DNA of 64,000 nt from Bacteroidota bacterium (lineage in GTDB: Bacteria > Bacteroidota > Ignavibacteria > UBA10030 > UBA8401). The first letter of the stretch is position 1, and each line of letters starts with the position of its first letter. The stretch is taken from the NCBI GenBank assembly GCA_030679145.1, contig JAUXTU010000036.1, forward strand, positions 86,480-150,479. Reading direction: 5' to 3'. Below the pieces are notes generated by a model. The model searched no databases. It was not told the origin of the DNA and saw only the letters and a list, made by a program, of their open reading frames with translations. This document shows, piece after piece, positions 8,921 to 17,790 of the stretch. A program made the translations under genes and the position numbers.

Positions 8921-11299
8921 ATGAGACAAACCTATCTAATCCTGATTTTTCTTTTTACTCTTTCACTGGTATTTTCACAAAACATAAATTTTTTTTCTGT
9001 AAATGGTTATGTACAGGATAAAGAAAGCGGCGAAAAATTAATCGGATGCTTTGTCTTTGATTCTGCCAGTAAAAAAAGTGTGATGACAAATGCTTTTGGT
9101 TACTTTAATATTTCCCTGAATGAAGGTGATTGCAAAATCCTTACACACTACCTTGGTTATGTTGACCAAGCAGTAAGCTTTAAAATAAATAAAGACACAA
9201 CCATTATAATAAAACTTGCCACTTCTCAGCCATTCAAATTAGGTGAAGTTACAATTGTTGGTTCCGGTTCCGAAGCCAAATTATCGCAAGCGCAAATGGG
9301 ACAAATGACCATGACCAATAAGGATGTTAAAGCATTACCTGTATTTCTGGGCGAGCCCGATGTTATGCGTTCGCTGCAAATATTGCCCGGTATTCAGGCA
9401 GCAAATGAAAGGAGCACAGGAATTAGTGTACGGGGAGGCGGTATTGATCAAAACCTTTTCTTGCTCGATGATGCACCTGTTTTTCAAATTTCTCACCTGA
9501 TGGGTTTTTTCTCCGTATTTAATAATGATGCTGTAAAAGATATAAAAATTTACAAGGGAGACATTCCTGCGAATTATGGTGGACGTTTGTCCTCGGTAGT
9601 TGATATAAGGCTCAAAGATGGAAACATGCAAAATTATGACGTGGCGGGAGGATTGGGACTTATTTGTTCCGATGTAAGTGTTGAAGGACCTATTGTTAAT
9701 GACCGTGCTTCTTTTATTGTATCTGCAAAGTATTCATATTTAAGTTTACTCTTCAAAAAAATAAATTCTAATATTGATTTAGGGTTTTACGACCTCAATT
9801 GTAAATTAAATGCAATTATAGACAGCAAAAACCGCATTTATATTTCTTCATACATTGGTCACGACGATGCCACGATAGGCTTAAATGCCAGTTACCATAA
9901 TAATACACTATCCGCACGTTGGAATCATGTTTACAATCCAGACCTCTTTAGCAATGTTTCCTTCATCTATAGTAATTACAAATACTCAAACGACTATAAT
10001 TTTTCCAATGGTAACAGCTCTATAGATTTTAGTTGGAACTCAGGAATTAAACAAATCACGTTGAAAGCAGAAAATAATTACTATCTGAATAACAATAACA
10101 CAATTGATTTTGGCGCATCGACAACGTATAAGAATTTTATGCCCGGTAAATTGGAAGGGAATGAAACAGCCATTGACAACATTACACAATCAGTGCCTTT
10201 CAGTAATCGGGTTGTTTCTGATCAAGGCGTTTTAGAGCATGCTGTGTATATTTCAAACCAGCAAAAAATATCTGAAGATTTATCTTTTAAATACGGCATA
10301 CGGGTGAGTCTATATCAAAATATCGGCGGACATTGGGTTTATAATTTAAAGAATTATCAGGTAGTCGATTCATTTTATGTTGCCGAAAACAAAACCTATG
10401 CAAATGCTTACAGTGTTGAACCAAGGCTTGGCATTAATTACAGGGTATCTGAAAATTCATCCTTAAAAGCGAGTTATACCTACACAACCCAACAAGACCA
10501 ATTGCTGATGAAAACAAATGGCGGAGGACCTCTCGATGTTTGGTTTCCATCAGACAATAATATAAAACCACAAACAGCATCGCAATACAGTTTAGGGTAT
10601 ACACAATATTTTTTAGATAATTTATTAGAAGCAAGTGTTGAGGGCTATTATAAAGACATGAACAATATTATTGATTATAAAGATGGTGCAACATTTTTGG
10701 AAAATAGCTCACCTTTTACAATTGATAAAACCAGTTATAATTTTGAAGAACAATTGCGAACTGGCAAAGGCTATACGTATGGTACGGAAGTGATGCTTAA
10801 AAGCGATTTTGATGAATTAAATGGTTTTGTCAGTTATACCTATGCACGAAGCTTTCGTAAAATACCCGATATTAACTTCGGGCAACCTTATCTTTCACCG
10901 TTCGATAAGCCGCATACTTACAATGTATTATTAAATTATAATATTTCAGAACGAGTAACAATTTCAACCAATTTTAGAAGCCAAAGCGGGCAGGTTACTA
11001 CTATTCCTATTTACGTAATGAGTCTATGGGGCAAAACATTATCGGGTTATTCAAACAGGAATGATTATCGGCTGCCGCCTTACCAAAGACTGGATATTAG
11101 TCTTACACTTAAGAGTATAGAGACAGAGGGAGAGCATTTTCACAACGAATGGAATTTTTCCATTATCAATGTTCTAAACCACGCCAATATTCAATATGTT
11201 GATTTCGTCGCTTCGAAAGATAATCCCAACATTATCAATGCTAAAGGTGTATCTATGTTAGGTTTTATACCTTCTGTTTCGTATCGTTTTAATTTTTAA
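8921..11299 (+). CDS. TonB-dependent outer-membrane receptor with an N-terminal carboxypeptidase-regulatory-like domain.
   Basis: Signal peptide MRQTYLILIFLFTLSLVFSQ. Plug region (…GISVRGGGIDQNLFLLDDAPVF…). C-terminal beta-barrel ending SYRFNF. I chose the start at the internal ATG 8921 rather than the track start at 8831. Confidence 0.75.
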   Translation: MRQTYLILIFLFTLSLVFSQNINFFSVNGYVQDKESGEKLIGCFVFDSASKKSVMTNAFGYFNISLNEGDCKILTHYLGYVDQAVSFKINKDTTIIIKLATSQPFKLGEVTIVGSGSEAKLSQAQMGQMTMTNKDVKALPVFLGEPDVMRSLQILPGIQAANERSTGISVRGGGIDQNLFLLDDAPVFQISHLMGFFSVFNNDAVKDIKIYKGDIPANYGGRLSSVVDIRLKDGNMQNYDVAGGLGLICSDVSVEGPIVNDRASFIVSAKYSYLSLLFKKINSNIDLGFYDLNCKLNAIIDSKNRIYISSYIGHDDATIGLNASYHNNTLSARWNHVYNPDLFSNVSFIYSNYKYSNDYNFSNGNSSIDFSWNSGIKQITLKAENNYYLNNNNTIDFGASTTYKNFMPGKLEGNETAIDNITQSVPFSNRVVSDQGVLEHAVYISNQQKISEDLSFKYGIRVSLYQNIGGHWVYNLKNYQVVDSFYVAENKTYANAYSVEPRLGINYRVSENSSLKASYTYTTQQDQLLMKTNGGGPLDVWFPSDNNIKPQTASQYSLGYTQYFLDNLLEASVEGYYKDMNNIIDYKDGATFLENSSPFTIDKTSYNFEEQLRTGKGYTYGTEVMLKSDFDELNGFVSYTYARSFRKIPDINFGQPYLSPFDKPHTYNVLLNYNISERVTISTNFRSQSGQVTTIPIYVMSLWGKTLSGYSNRNDYRLPPYQRLDISLTLKSIETEGEHFHNEWNFSIINVLNHANIQYVDFVASKDNPNIINAKGVSMLGFIPSVSYRFNF

Positions 11300-11407
11300 T
11301 TTCTGAAAACACTATGATACTTTATCGCACCATGATGTTTCAAAAATATATCTACAAGACAGAAAGAATAATTTCTATTAGAAGCCATCTCAAAAATCCC
11401 AAATCTG

Positions 11408-11494
11408 TGTCATTCCGAGGAGCAGAGCGACGAGGAATCTCGTTTTTAATCTCAAGAAGAAAAACAAGATTCTTCGCTTCGCTCAGAATGACAA
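11408..11494. repeat. MITE-like element. Two copies of the GTCATTC(C/T)GAG…GAATCT motif lie in inverted orientation and flank a 26-bp core.
   Basis: tgtcattccgaggagcagagcgacgaggaatct at 11408-11440. The reverse complement of 11467-11494 is tgtcattctgagcgaagcgaagaatct. It lies inside the 5' end of track ORF 11314. Confidence 0.6.
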
Positions 11495-11511
11495 TAAAAG
11501 GTATTTTTGAG

Positions 11512-12420
11512 ATGGCTTGTAATAATTTACTTCTTTGTTTCGGTCTTATAATATTAGCTTTCTTTTTAAACTCGTGCGAACAAAATTTAAATATTGAAAT
11601 TAAAACAAATGATAAACGGTTACTGGTTGATGGCGCATTTACAAATGATACAGTTGTGCACAGTATACGATTATATTGTGCAGGCAGCCTAATTACCGGC
11701 AAGCCACAAACAACTGTTTCAGGTGCTAAAATATATGTAACTGACGGCATAGAAACATTCGATTACATTGAAAATAAAGACATGCTTGGATTATATCAAA
11801 CAGCAGGCAACGTTGGAGGTAAAGGCGGGCATCATTATACTTTGTCTATAACAAATATTGATATAGATAACGATGGAAAAATGGAATCATACACAGCAAA
11901 TAGTTTAATGCCGGTGCCGATTAAATTTGATTCCTTATTGTCTTATCGTGGAATTAATGGTGATGGTCCAAAAGTAATTAATAAAGCGTATTATAAATTA
12001 TTTTTCGATGGCCCCGGTTATGTATATCCTTTTGCTTTAGCCAATAATTATATACGATATGGGACAATTACAGATAGACTAGGCACTGGAGAATTGACAA
12101 GGTTTGAAAGTTGGTTAAAAGTTGCCAAAGTTCTTTATCCTGATTCAATAATAAATCTTTATGCTTATTTTACAATAAATTCTTCCGATGTAAAAATTGG
12201 CGATACCATAAATTTTATTTGTTTTGGTTTTACTTCTGAACAATACGAGTTCTTAAAAAAATTTGATAACAATACCAATAGCCAATTTAATAGTGATAAT
12301 ATTTATGACCAATTAAAAATACCAAGTAACCTACCGACCAACATTGAACCCGCCGATAAAGCTGCAGGGTATTTCTTTGTTTACTCTGTATCAAAGATTA
12401 GCAAAGTGTTCAATGAATAA
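11512..12420 (+). CDS. Lipoprotein, DUF4249-like partner of the TonB-dependent receptor.
   Basis: Lipoprotein signal MACNNLLLCFGLIILAFFLNSC. The start was moved downstream of the repeat element, from the track start 11314 to 11512. DUF4249 lipoproteins commonly follow CarbopepD_reg-type TonB receptors in Bacteroidetes (established knowledge). Confidence 0.5.
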   Translation: MACNNLLLCFGLIILAFFLNSCEQNLNIEIKTNDKRLLVDGAFTNDTVVHSIRLYCAGSLITGKPQTTVSGAKIYVTDGIETFDYIENKDMLGLYQTAGNVGGKGGHHYTLSITNIDIDNDGKMESYTANSLMPVPIKFDSLLSYRGINGDGPKVINKAYYKLFFDGPGYVYPFALANNYIRYGTITDRLGTGELTRFESWLKVAKVLYPDSIINLYAYFTINSSDVKIGDTINFICFGFTSEQYEFLKKFDNNTNSQFNSDNIYDQLKIPSNLPTNIEPADKAAGYFFVYSVSKISKVFNE

Positions 12421-12498
12421 ATACAATATTAAATGAGGTATTTAAATTCTTAACAGTTGCCTTGTAGCAATATTTTATTTCTTAATCAAAAAATTTAC

Positions 12499-12640
12499 CT
12501 TGTTCCCAACGTCTCGTTGGGAGCGCAACGTAGCGAAGTTCCACTTCGTAATGAAGTATGCGAAATGGAGTTTCATATCATTCTCGTTCCCAAACACCTG
12601 CCCGACTGCGTTTGGCAGGCGGGGAGTTTGGGAACGAGAT
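12499..12640 (+). promoter_or_regulatory. Highly structured leader upstream of the pentapeptide-repeat gene. It has two hairpins that reuse the CGTTCCCAA(A)C sequence.
   Basis: 7-bp stem tcccaac/gttggga at 12502-12520. Perfect 14-bp stem tctcgttcccaaac/gtttgggaacgaga (12583-12596 paired with 12627-12640) enclosing an inner stem cctgcc/ggcagg. Alternative pairings between the four copies are possible. Confidence 0.4.
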
Positions 12641-12665
12641 ATACTTCTTCTTCTACGCTAAATCG

Positions 12666-13250
12666 ATGAAAAGCAGAACAATCAAAACCATTATTGAACA
12701 ACAAACATTTACGGGAATTGATTTTTCGAAGAATGGATTTCCGAAAGATGATTATGAGAATTGCAGTTTTCTCAACTGTAATTTGTCGAACGCAGATTTA
12801 TCGGGAATTAAATTTATTGAATGCACATTTAGAGGATGCAATCTCAGCGTGTCGAAACTGGATGGCACAACATTTAGGGATGCTCACTTCGTTGATTGCA
12901 AATTATCAGGAATGCAGTTTGGAAATTGCAATGAGATATTGTTTTCCGTTGATTTCGAGAACTGCAATCTTACCCTTGCAAGCTTTTATGCGTTGAACGT
13001 TAAAAAGACACGCTTTAAGAACTGCATACTTCACGAAGTTGATTTTACGCAGAGCGATTTGAGCGGCTCACTGTTTGATAATTGTGATTTTGCCAGAGCA
13101 AAATTTGATCGAACGAATTTGATAAAAACAGATCTTCGTAATTCCTATAATTATTCTATTGATCCTGAAGAGAATAAAGTGAAGAAGGCAAAATTTTCAG
13201 CAGTAGGAATTATCGGATTGCTAGGTAAGTACGATATTGATGTGGAATAA
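12666..13250 (+). CDS. Pentapeptide-repeat protein (Qnr/MfpA-like).
   Basis: Tandem A(D/N)LxG-type repeats throughout (NADLSGIKFIECTFRGCNLSVSKLDGTTF…). Start placed at MKSRTIK. Confidence 0.7.
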   Translation: MKSRTIKTIIEQQTFTGIDFSKNGFPKDDYENCSFLNCNLSNADLSGIKFIECTFRGCNLSVSKLDGTTFRDAHFVDCKLSGMQFGNCNEILFSVDFENCNLTLASFYALNVKKTRFKNCILHEVDFTQSDLSGSLFDNCDFARAKFDRTNLIKTDLRNSYNYSIDPEENKVKKAKFSAVGIIGLLGKYDIDVE

Positions 13251-13278
13251 AAAACAGACGTGATCGTTCTATTCAACT

Positions 13279-16200
13279 TTATTCAACTCTATTCAATTCT
13301 ATCGTAAACGTGCTTCCCATCGGCGGTGTGCTATTCACGTAAATTTTTCCACCGTGTGCATCAACGGTCTCTTTTACAATTGCAAGACCAAGTCCGGTTG
13401 CAGTCTCATCGCCTGTTGGTTTTGCAGATAAAACACGGAATTTTTTGAACAACTCATTTCGTTCACCCGCAGAAATACCGGGACCCTCGTCAGTGATCCA
13501 AAACTGTACCTTATCGTTGTGTCGGTACACACCGGCTTGAATCGCTGAATGCAGCGGGGAATATTTGATCGCATTGCTGACAAGATTTTCGATCGCATCC
13601 TGAATACGGGCGATGTCTGCCATGACCATGACAGTATCAAATTCATCAACAACAAAAGTCAATGTTTGTTCTTTTTTCTCCGCAAGAAATTTATAACTGT
13701 CGATAACCATTCCGGCAATTTCAGCAAGGTTTACTTTTTCAAATTGAAAGCTGATCGCGCCGCTTTCCATACCGGAGAGATTCAGCAGGTTATTGATCAC
13801 CTTGATCATTCCATCGGAGCTGTTTCGGATCATCTTCAAATATTTTTTTGAAACACTATCCAATGCTCCGCTTTGTTCAATCTGTTTTGTCAATCCGGTA
13901 ATGGATATCAGCGGACTTTTCACATGGTGCGTTACCATATCGAGCAGTTGAGATTTTACGGCATTGGCATTTTCCGCTTTTACTTTTTCCTGTTCGGTAA
14001 GATCAAGAAGTTGTTTGATCGTTTCTTGTTCTCCCTGCAGATCTTTTGTGCGGGTCTCAACAAGATGTTTCAATTTTTGTTCGCGGCGTTGTATTTGATG
14101 GACGCGTGCACGGTACACCCCAACCATACTTGACAGCACCAACAGGATCATGCCAACAATAAACAGATCTGTTTCATAAAAATATCCTTTTTTTACAAAT
14201 GTGATCGCTACACCGGTCGAGTCCCATACACCGTCACTATTTGCGGCAACGATACGGAATGTATATTTGCCGGGAGGCAAATGCGTATAATTTGTTGTAC
14301 GACGAGTATCAAGATCGTACCACTTCTTATCATATCCGTCAAGCATTGCTTTGAACCGAATTTTTTTCGGACTGACAAAACTCAATCCCGTAAAATGGAT
14401 TTCGATACGCTGGTTTTCCGCCGGCACAATAAATTCTTTATTGAATGATATCGGCTGATTGTCGATCAAGAACTGTTCGATCACTACTTTCGGTGATCTC
14501 TGGTTTGTAACGACCTTTTTTGGATTAACAATGGTAACGCCGCCGGCAGTTGAGAACCACAATGTTCCATCATGTACCTTCCAACCAGCGGGCTGAACGC
14601 CGCCGCTGTTTTCCATATTGATCATACCATGCTCTCTGCCATACACAGCGCATGTGATACTGTTTAATCCGGCGTAAAAGAATTTCATCACATCGAACTT
14701 ATCAACATAAAAAATGCCTTTGTTGGATGTCATCCATAATCGCCCCATATCATCTTCAAGAATGCTGAAAATAACATCATCAAATAAACCATTAACGGAT
14801 GTCAGCGTGAAGAATTTTTCACTCGTATAGCAGATCAATCCGCCGCCAAAAGTACCGATCCAGATGGAGTTATCATTGGTGACGTACATTGAACGAATGA
14901 AATTATTCGTCAATCCATTTTCGGTTGTGTACGATGTTATTCCATCATCGCCGATAACCGATATACCTGCACCGTCTGTTCCAACCCAAATATTTCCGCG
15001 GAAATCTTCGATGACACAGCTGGTGTAATTGCTTGCCAATCCTTGTGCGGTTGTGATCTGTTTGACTGTGCCGTTTTCGAATAGATAAATACCTTCTCCG
15101 GAAGAAGTAACCCACATGCGACCTTTGCTGTCGGCAAAAATATGTGAAGAGATCAATCCTTTGGTCTTTTCAACCGGCTGCACCGGTTTAACTTTACCAT
15201 TCTCAATGATATTCAATCCGCTGGCTGTTGCAACCCATATTCTGTCCGAATCGTCTTCGGCAACAGAATAGATCTCGTTATCTCGCATTCCTTCTTTTTC
15301 TGAATACCGCACAAACGTTTGCGGTGATTTGTAATTCATCTTCGCCAACCCGCTGTCAGTACCAATCCACATGTTGCGCATATAATCTTCCATGATTGTA
15401 TGTACTGCATTGGAAGGGAGTCCTTCCTTTGCGGTGTAGTTGGTAAACAATCTTTTGCGCAGAATTTCAAGTCCGCGTCCATCAGCTCCGATCCAAATAT
15501 TTTCTTCGGAATCGATGAACAGTGACATTACATGACCATATCGCTGACCGTCTTTATTTGTAAGGGATGAAATAATTCCGCGATCGATACGGGCAACACC
15601 GCTCTTTGTTCTCACCCACACAGCTTCATTTTTATCGATAAAGATCGAATAGACAATTCGGCTTGGCAAACCGTTCTTTTCCGTGAAGGTAAGGAACCGG
15701 CTCTTATCTTTGAAATCTATCAACACATTCATTAACCCGTCGTTGGTACCAATCCACATTGTACCATTTGAAGCTTCACGCAGTGAAGTAACGGTATTGT
15801 TTACCAATCCATCAGCAATAGTTAGATTATTGATCAATCCATTGTTGTAAATGGAAATTCCAACCTCTGTTCCAATCCAGACCTTCCCCTGAAGATCTTG
15901 ACTGAAACAGAGGACATCATTGGAAATCAATCCAGTAGTTTTATTAATTACCGTAAATGTCGAATCTTTCATCGTGATGACACCATGTTCACGAAGAGCT
16001 ATCCAGAGTGTTGCTTTAGTGTCTTGGAAAATTGCGCGTACGTGGCCGTGTGAAAGCTGGGGAATATGATCAATATGTGTGAAAACGCCGTTTTGATATT
16101 TTGTTAATCCGCCGTTATATGTTCCTATCCATAATATTCCATTGCGGTCTACATATAAAACGGTGATAAAATTATTGTTTATTGCAGGGGTATTTTTCTT

Positions 16201-16449
16201 GTTGAAAACGGTAAATGTAACGCCATCAAAACGAACAAGACCTTCCTGTGTTCCCATCCATAAATAGCCGTCGTTTGTTTGTACGATATTATTAATGGAA
16301 TTCTGCGGAAGTCCGTCGTCAGTGGTCCACGTTTCATGTGTAAACTGCGAAAATTCCTTATAGACCTCTTCATTAGCCTGATTTTGGGCTAAAAGAAGCG
16401 ATAAGAAACAAACGCTAATAACAAGATATGTGGAAAAGTGTTTTACCAT
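13279..16449 (-). CDS. Sensor histidine kinase with a periplasmic two-component-regulator beta-propeller (Reg_prop repeats plus Y_Y_Y domain), one transmembrane segment, then HisKA and HATPase_c domains. It has no receiver or HTH domain.
   Basis: Repeated …DGxLWIGTxxGL… propeller motifs. H-box DMVTHHVKSPL, N-box NLVSNAIKYS, G-boxes DEGPGI and GTGLGLAIV. ATG start at 16449 (MVKHF…, signal peptide); the track start at 16467 is a GTG codon. Confidence 0.8.
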   Translation of the reverse strand: MVKHFSTYLVISVCFLSLLLAQNQANEEVYKEFSQFTHETWTTDDGLPQNSINNIVQTNDGYLWMGTQEGLVRFDGVTFTVFNKKNTPAINNNFITVLYVDRNGILWIGTYNGGLTKYQNGVFTHIDHIPQLSHGHVRAIFQDTKATLWIALREHGVITMKDSTFTVINKTTGLISNDVLCFSQDLQGKVWIGTEVGISIYNNGLINNLTIADGLVNNTVTSLREASNGTMWIGTNDGLMNVLIDFKDKSRFLTFTEKNGLPSRIVYSIFIDKNEAVWVRTKSGVARIDRGIISSLTNKDGQRYGHVMSLFIDSEENIWIGADGRGLEILRKRLFTNYTAKEGLPSNAVHTIMEDYMRNMWIGTDSGLAKMNYKSPQTFVRYSEKEGMRDNEIYSVAEDDSDRIWVATASGLNIIENGKVKPVQPVEKTKGLISSHIFADSKGRMWVTSSGEGIYLFENGTVKQITTAQGLASNYTSCVIEDFRGNIWVGTDGAGISVIGDDGITSYTTENGLTNNFIRSMYVTNDNSIWIGTFGGGLICYTSEKFFTLTSVNGLFDDVIFSILEDDMGRLWMTSNKGIFYVDKFDVMKFFYAGLNSITCAVYGREHGMINMENSGGVQPAGWKVHDGTLWFSTAGGVTIVNPKKVVTNQRSPKVVIEQFLIDNQPISFNKEFIVPAENQRIEIHFTGLSFVSPKKIRFKAMLDGYDKKWYDLDTRRTTNYTHLPPGKYTFRIVAANSDGVWDSTGVAITFVKKGYFYETDLFIVGMILLVLSSMVGVYRARVHQIQRREQKLKHLVETRTKDLQGEQETIKQLLDLTEQEKVKAENANAVKSQLLDMVTHHVKSPLISITGLTKQIEQSGALDSVSKKYLKMIRNSSDGMIKVINNLLNLSGMESGAISFQFEKVNLAEIAGMVIDSYKFLAEKKEQTLTFVVDEFDTVMVMADIARIQDAIENLVSNAIKYSPLHSAIQAGVYRHNDKVQFWITDEGPGISAGERNELFKKFRVLSAKPTGDETATGLGLAIVKETVDAHGGKIYVNSTPPMGSTFTIELNRVE

Positions 16450-16466
16450 GACTATTTGTATGTGCA

Positions 16467-16502
16467 CTAATTTAATTTCACAAATTAAATTAGACTATAG
16501 TC
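16467..16502. promoter_or_regulatory. Two adjacent perfect palindromes immediately upstream of the histidine-kinase start. Candidate operator.
   Basis: ctaatttaattt-cac-aaattaaattag (12-bp perfect arms, 16467-16493) followed by gactatagtc (perfect 10-mer palindrome). Confidence 0.35.
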
Positions 16503-16780
16503 TGGCTAAATACAATTTAGAAACCCCTAATTAGAACTTTATCATTTTCAGGAAAATAAACGGAAAAAGACAAAATATGCCATTTCATGCGCAAAATGTA
16601 TTTAAAGGATGAAGAACATTTGATGCGAAATATCAAAGATTCATCGATCACTCTAAATCTTAAGATATTTAACAGGATAAAATAAAATGAGATTACCAAG
16701 GTATTTGGAATGTTTTTTTGTCGCTTTTCAAAGTCATTGTTTGAAAACCCTGAACAATAAAAACTATACTTGCTTCTTGT

Positions 16781-17782
16781 ATGAAGTTTCCTAACTTTAG
16801 CAACAACATGAGCACAGTATTTAAACATCTCGATCCACCGAACGCGAAACTCTTCTTTTCCCGCAACGATCAGTCCGATCCTCGAATGGGAGAGAGCGTG
16901 TTACGCGGCGAAAAGAACTTTATCGACGAAGTAAAGGTGGGAATTATCGGCGTTCCGACCGATGAAGGAGTGAAACGGAACGGCGGACGGGTTGGCGCAA
17001 AGGATGGACCGGATGCAATTCGAACAGAGTTCTATAAACGGACTTCATTTGTGATCGGGAAAGAAAAATCTCCCGTGGTGGTTCCGGTATTCGATTTTGG
17101 CAACATCAAGATTGGGAAAACACTCGAAGAAACACACGAAAAACTTGCAGAAGTTGTCCACTCATTGGTTTCGGCAGATATCGTTCCCATTGTGCTTGGC
17201 GGCGGACACGATATTGCATATCCAAACTTTGCCGGTTTCTCAAAAGGGAAACGGACCGTCGGTGTGATCAATATCGATACCCATCTTGATTACCGTAAAC
17301 CGATACCGAAACGGAACAGTGGAACATCATTCCGGCAGATGTTAGACCAGCATGGAAGTTCATTGAACGCAATGAATCTGGTGGAGATCGGGATCCAATC
17401 CTTTGCTAATTCAGCCGAGCATTATTCAGAATTGATCGAACGGGGTGCAACAGTTTTTTCGTTGCGTGACGTGCGTGTGGAAGGGATCACAAAGACGCTT
17501 GAACTTGCGTACGAACTTGCAACATCATCAACTGATTCGCTCTATATCAGTTTCGATCTGGATGCCGTGAACGGTACAGATGCTCCGGGTGTAAGTGCAC
17601 CTCTTCCGACCGGCTTATCCACGGAAGAATTCCTGACCGCCGCATTGTTTGCCGGAAAACGCCGCAAAACAAAACTGATCGATATTGTTGAACTCAATCC
17701 CAAATACGATGTTGATGGTCGAACCGCAAAACTTGCCGCGCTTGCATTGATGTATTTCCTCACCGGCGTAGCAAACCGATAA
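16781..17782 (+). CDS. Arginase-family metallohydrolase (formimidoylglutamase, agmatinase or arginase-like).
   Basis: Arginase-fold motifs GGGHDIAYP, DTHLD, SFDLDAVNGTDAPG. The segment is visibly more GC-rich than its surroundings. Confidence 0.7.
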   Translation: MKFPNFSNNMSTVFKHLDPPNAKLFFSRNDQSDPRMGESVLRGEKNFIDEVKVGIIGVPTDEGVKRNGGRVGAKDGPDAIRTEFYKRTSFVIGKEKSPVVVPVFDFGNIKIGKTLEETHEKLAEVVHSLVSADIVPIVLGGGHDIAYPNFAGFSKGKRTVGVINIDTHLDYRKPIPKRNSGTSFRQMLDQHGSSLNAMNLVEIGIQSFANSAEHYSELIERGATVFSLRDVRVEGITKTLELAYELATSSTDSLYISFDLDAVNGTDAPGVSAPLPTGLSTEEFLTAALFAGKRRKTKLIDIVELNPKYDVDGRTAKLAALALMYFLTGVANR

Positions 17783-17790
17783 TTGTTTTT

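Noticed and set aside
11314-11511. The long N-terminal extension of the lipoprotein ORF in the track.
   Set aside because: It reads through an 87-bp inverted-repeat element and gives low-complexity Arg-rich sequence. The lipoprotein signal peptide begins at 11512.
13374-14133. Several 86-100-aa ORFs on both strands inside the histidine-kinase gene.
   Set aside because: They are frame-shifted shadows of a 1056-aa CDS that has clear HisKA and HATPase motifs.
16517-16828. 103-aa minus-strand ORF in the AT-rich divergent region between the kinase and arginase genes.
   Set aside because: Low-complexity AT-rich translation. It overlaps the arginase gene start and is probably promoter DNA.
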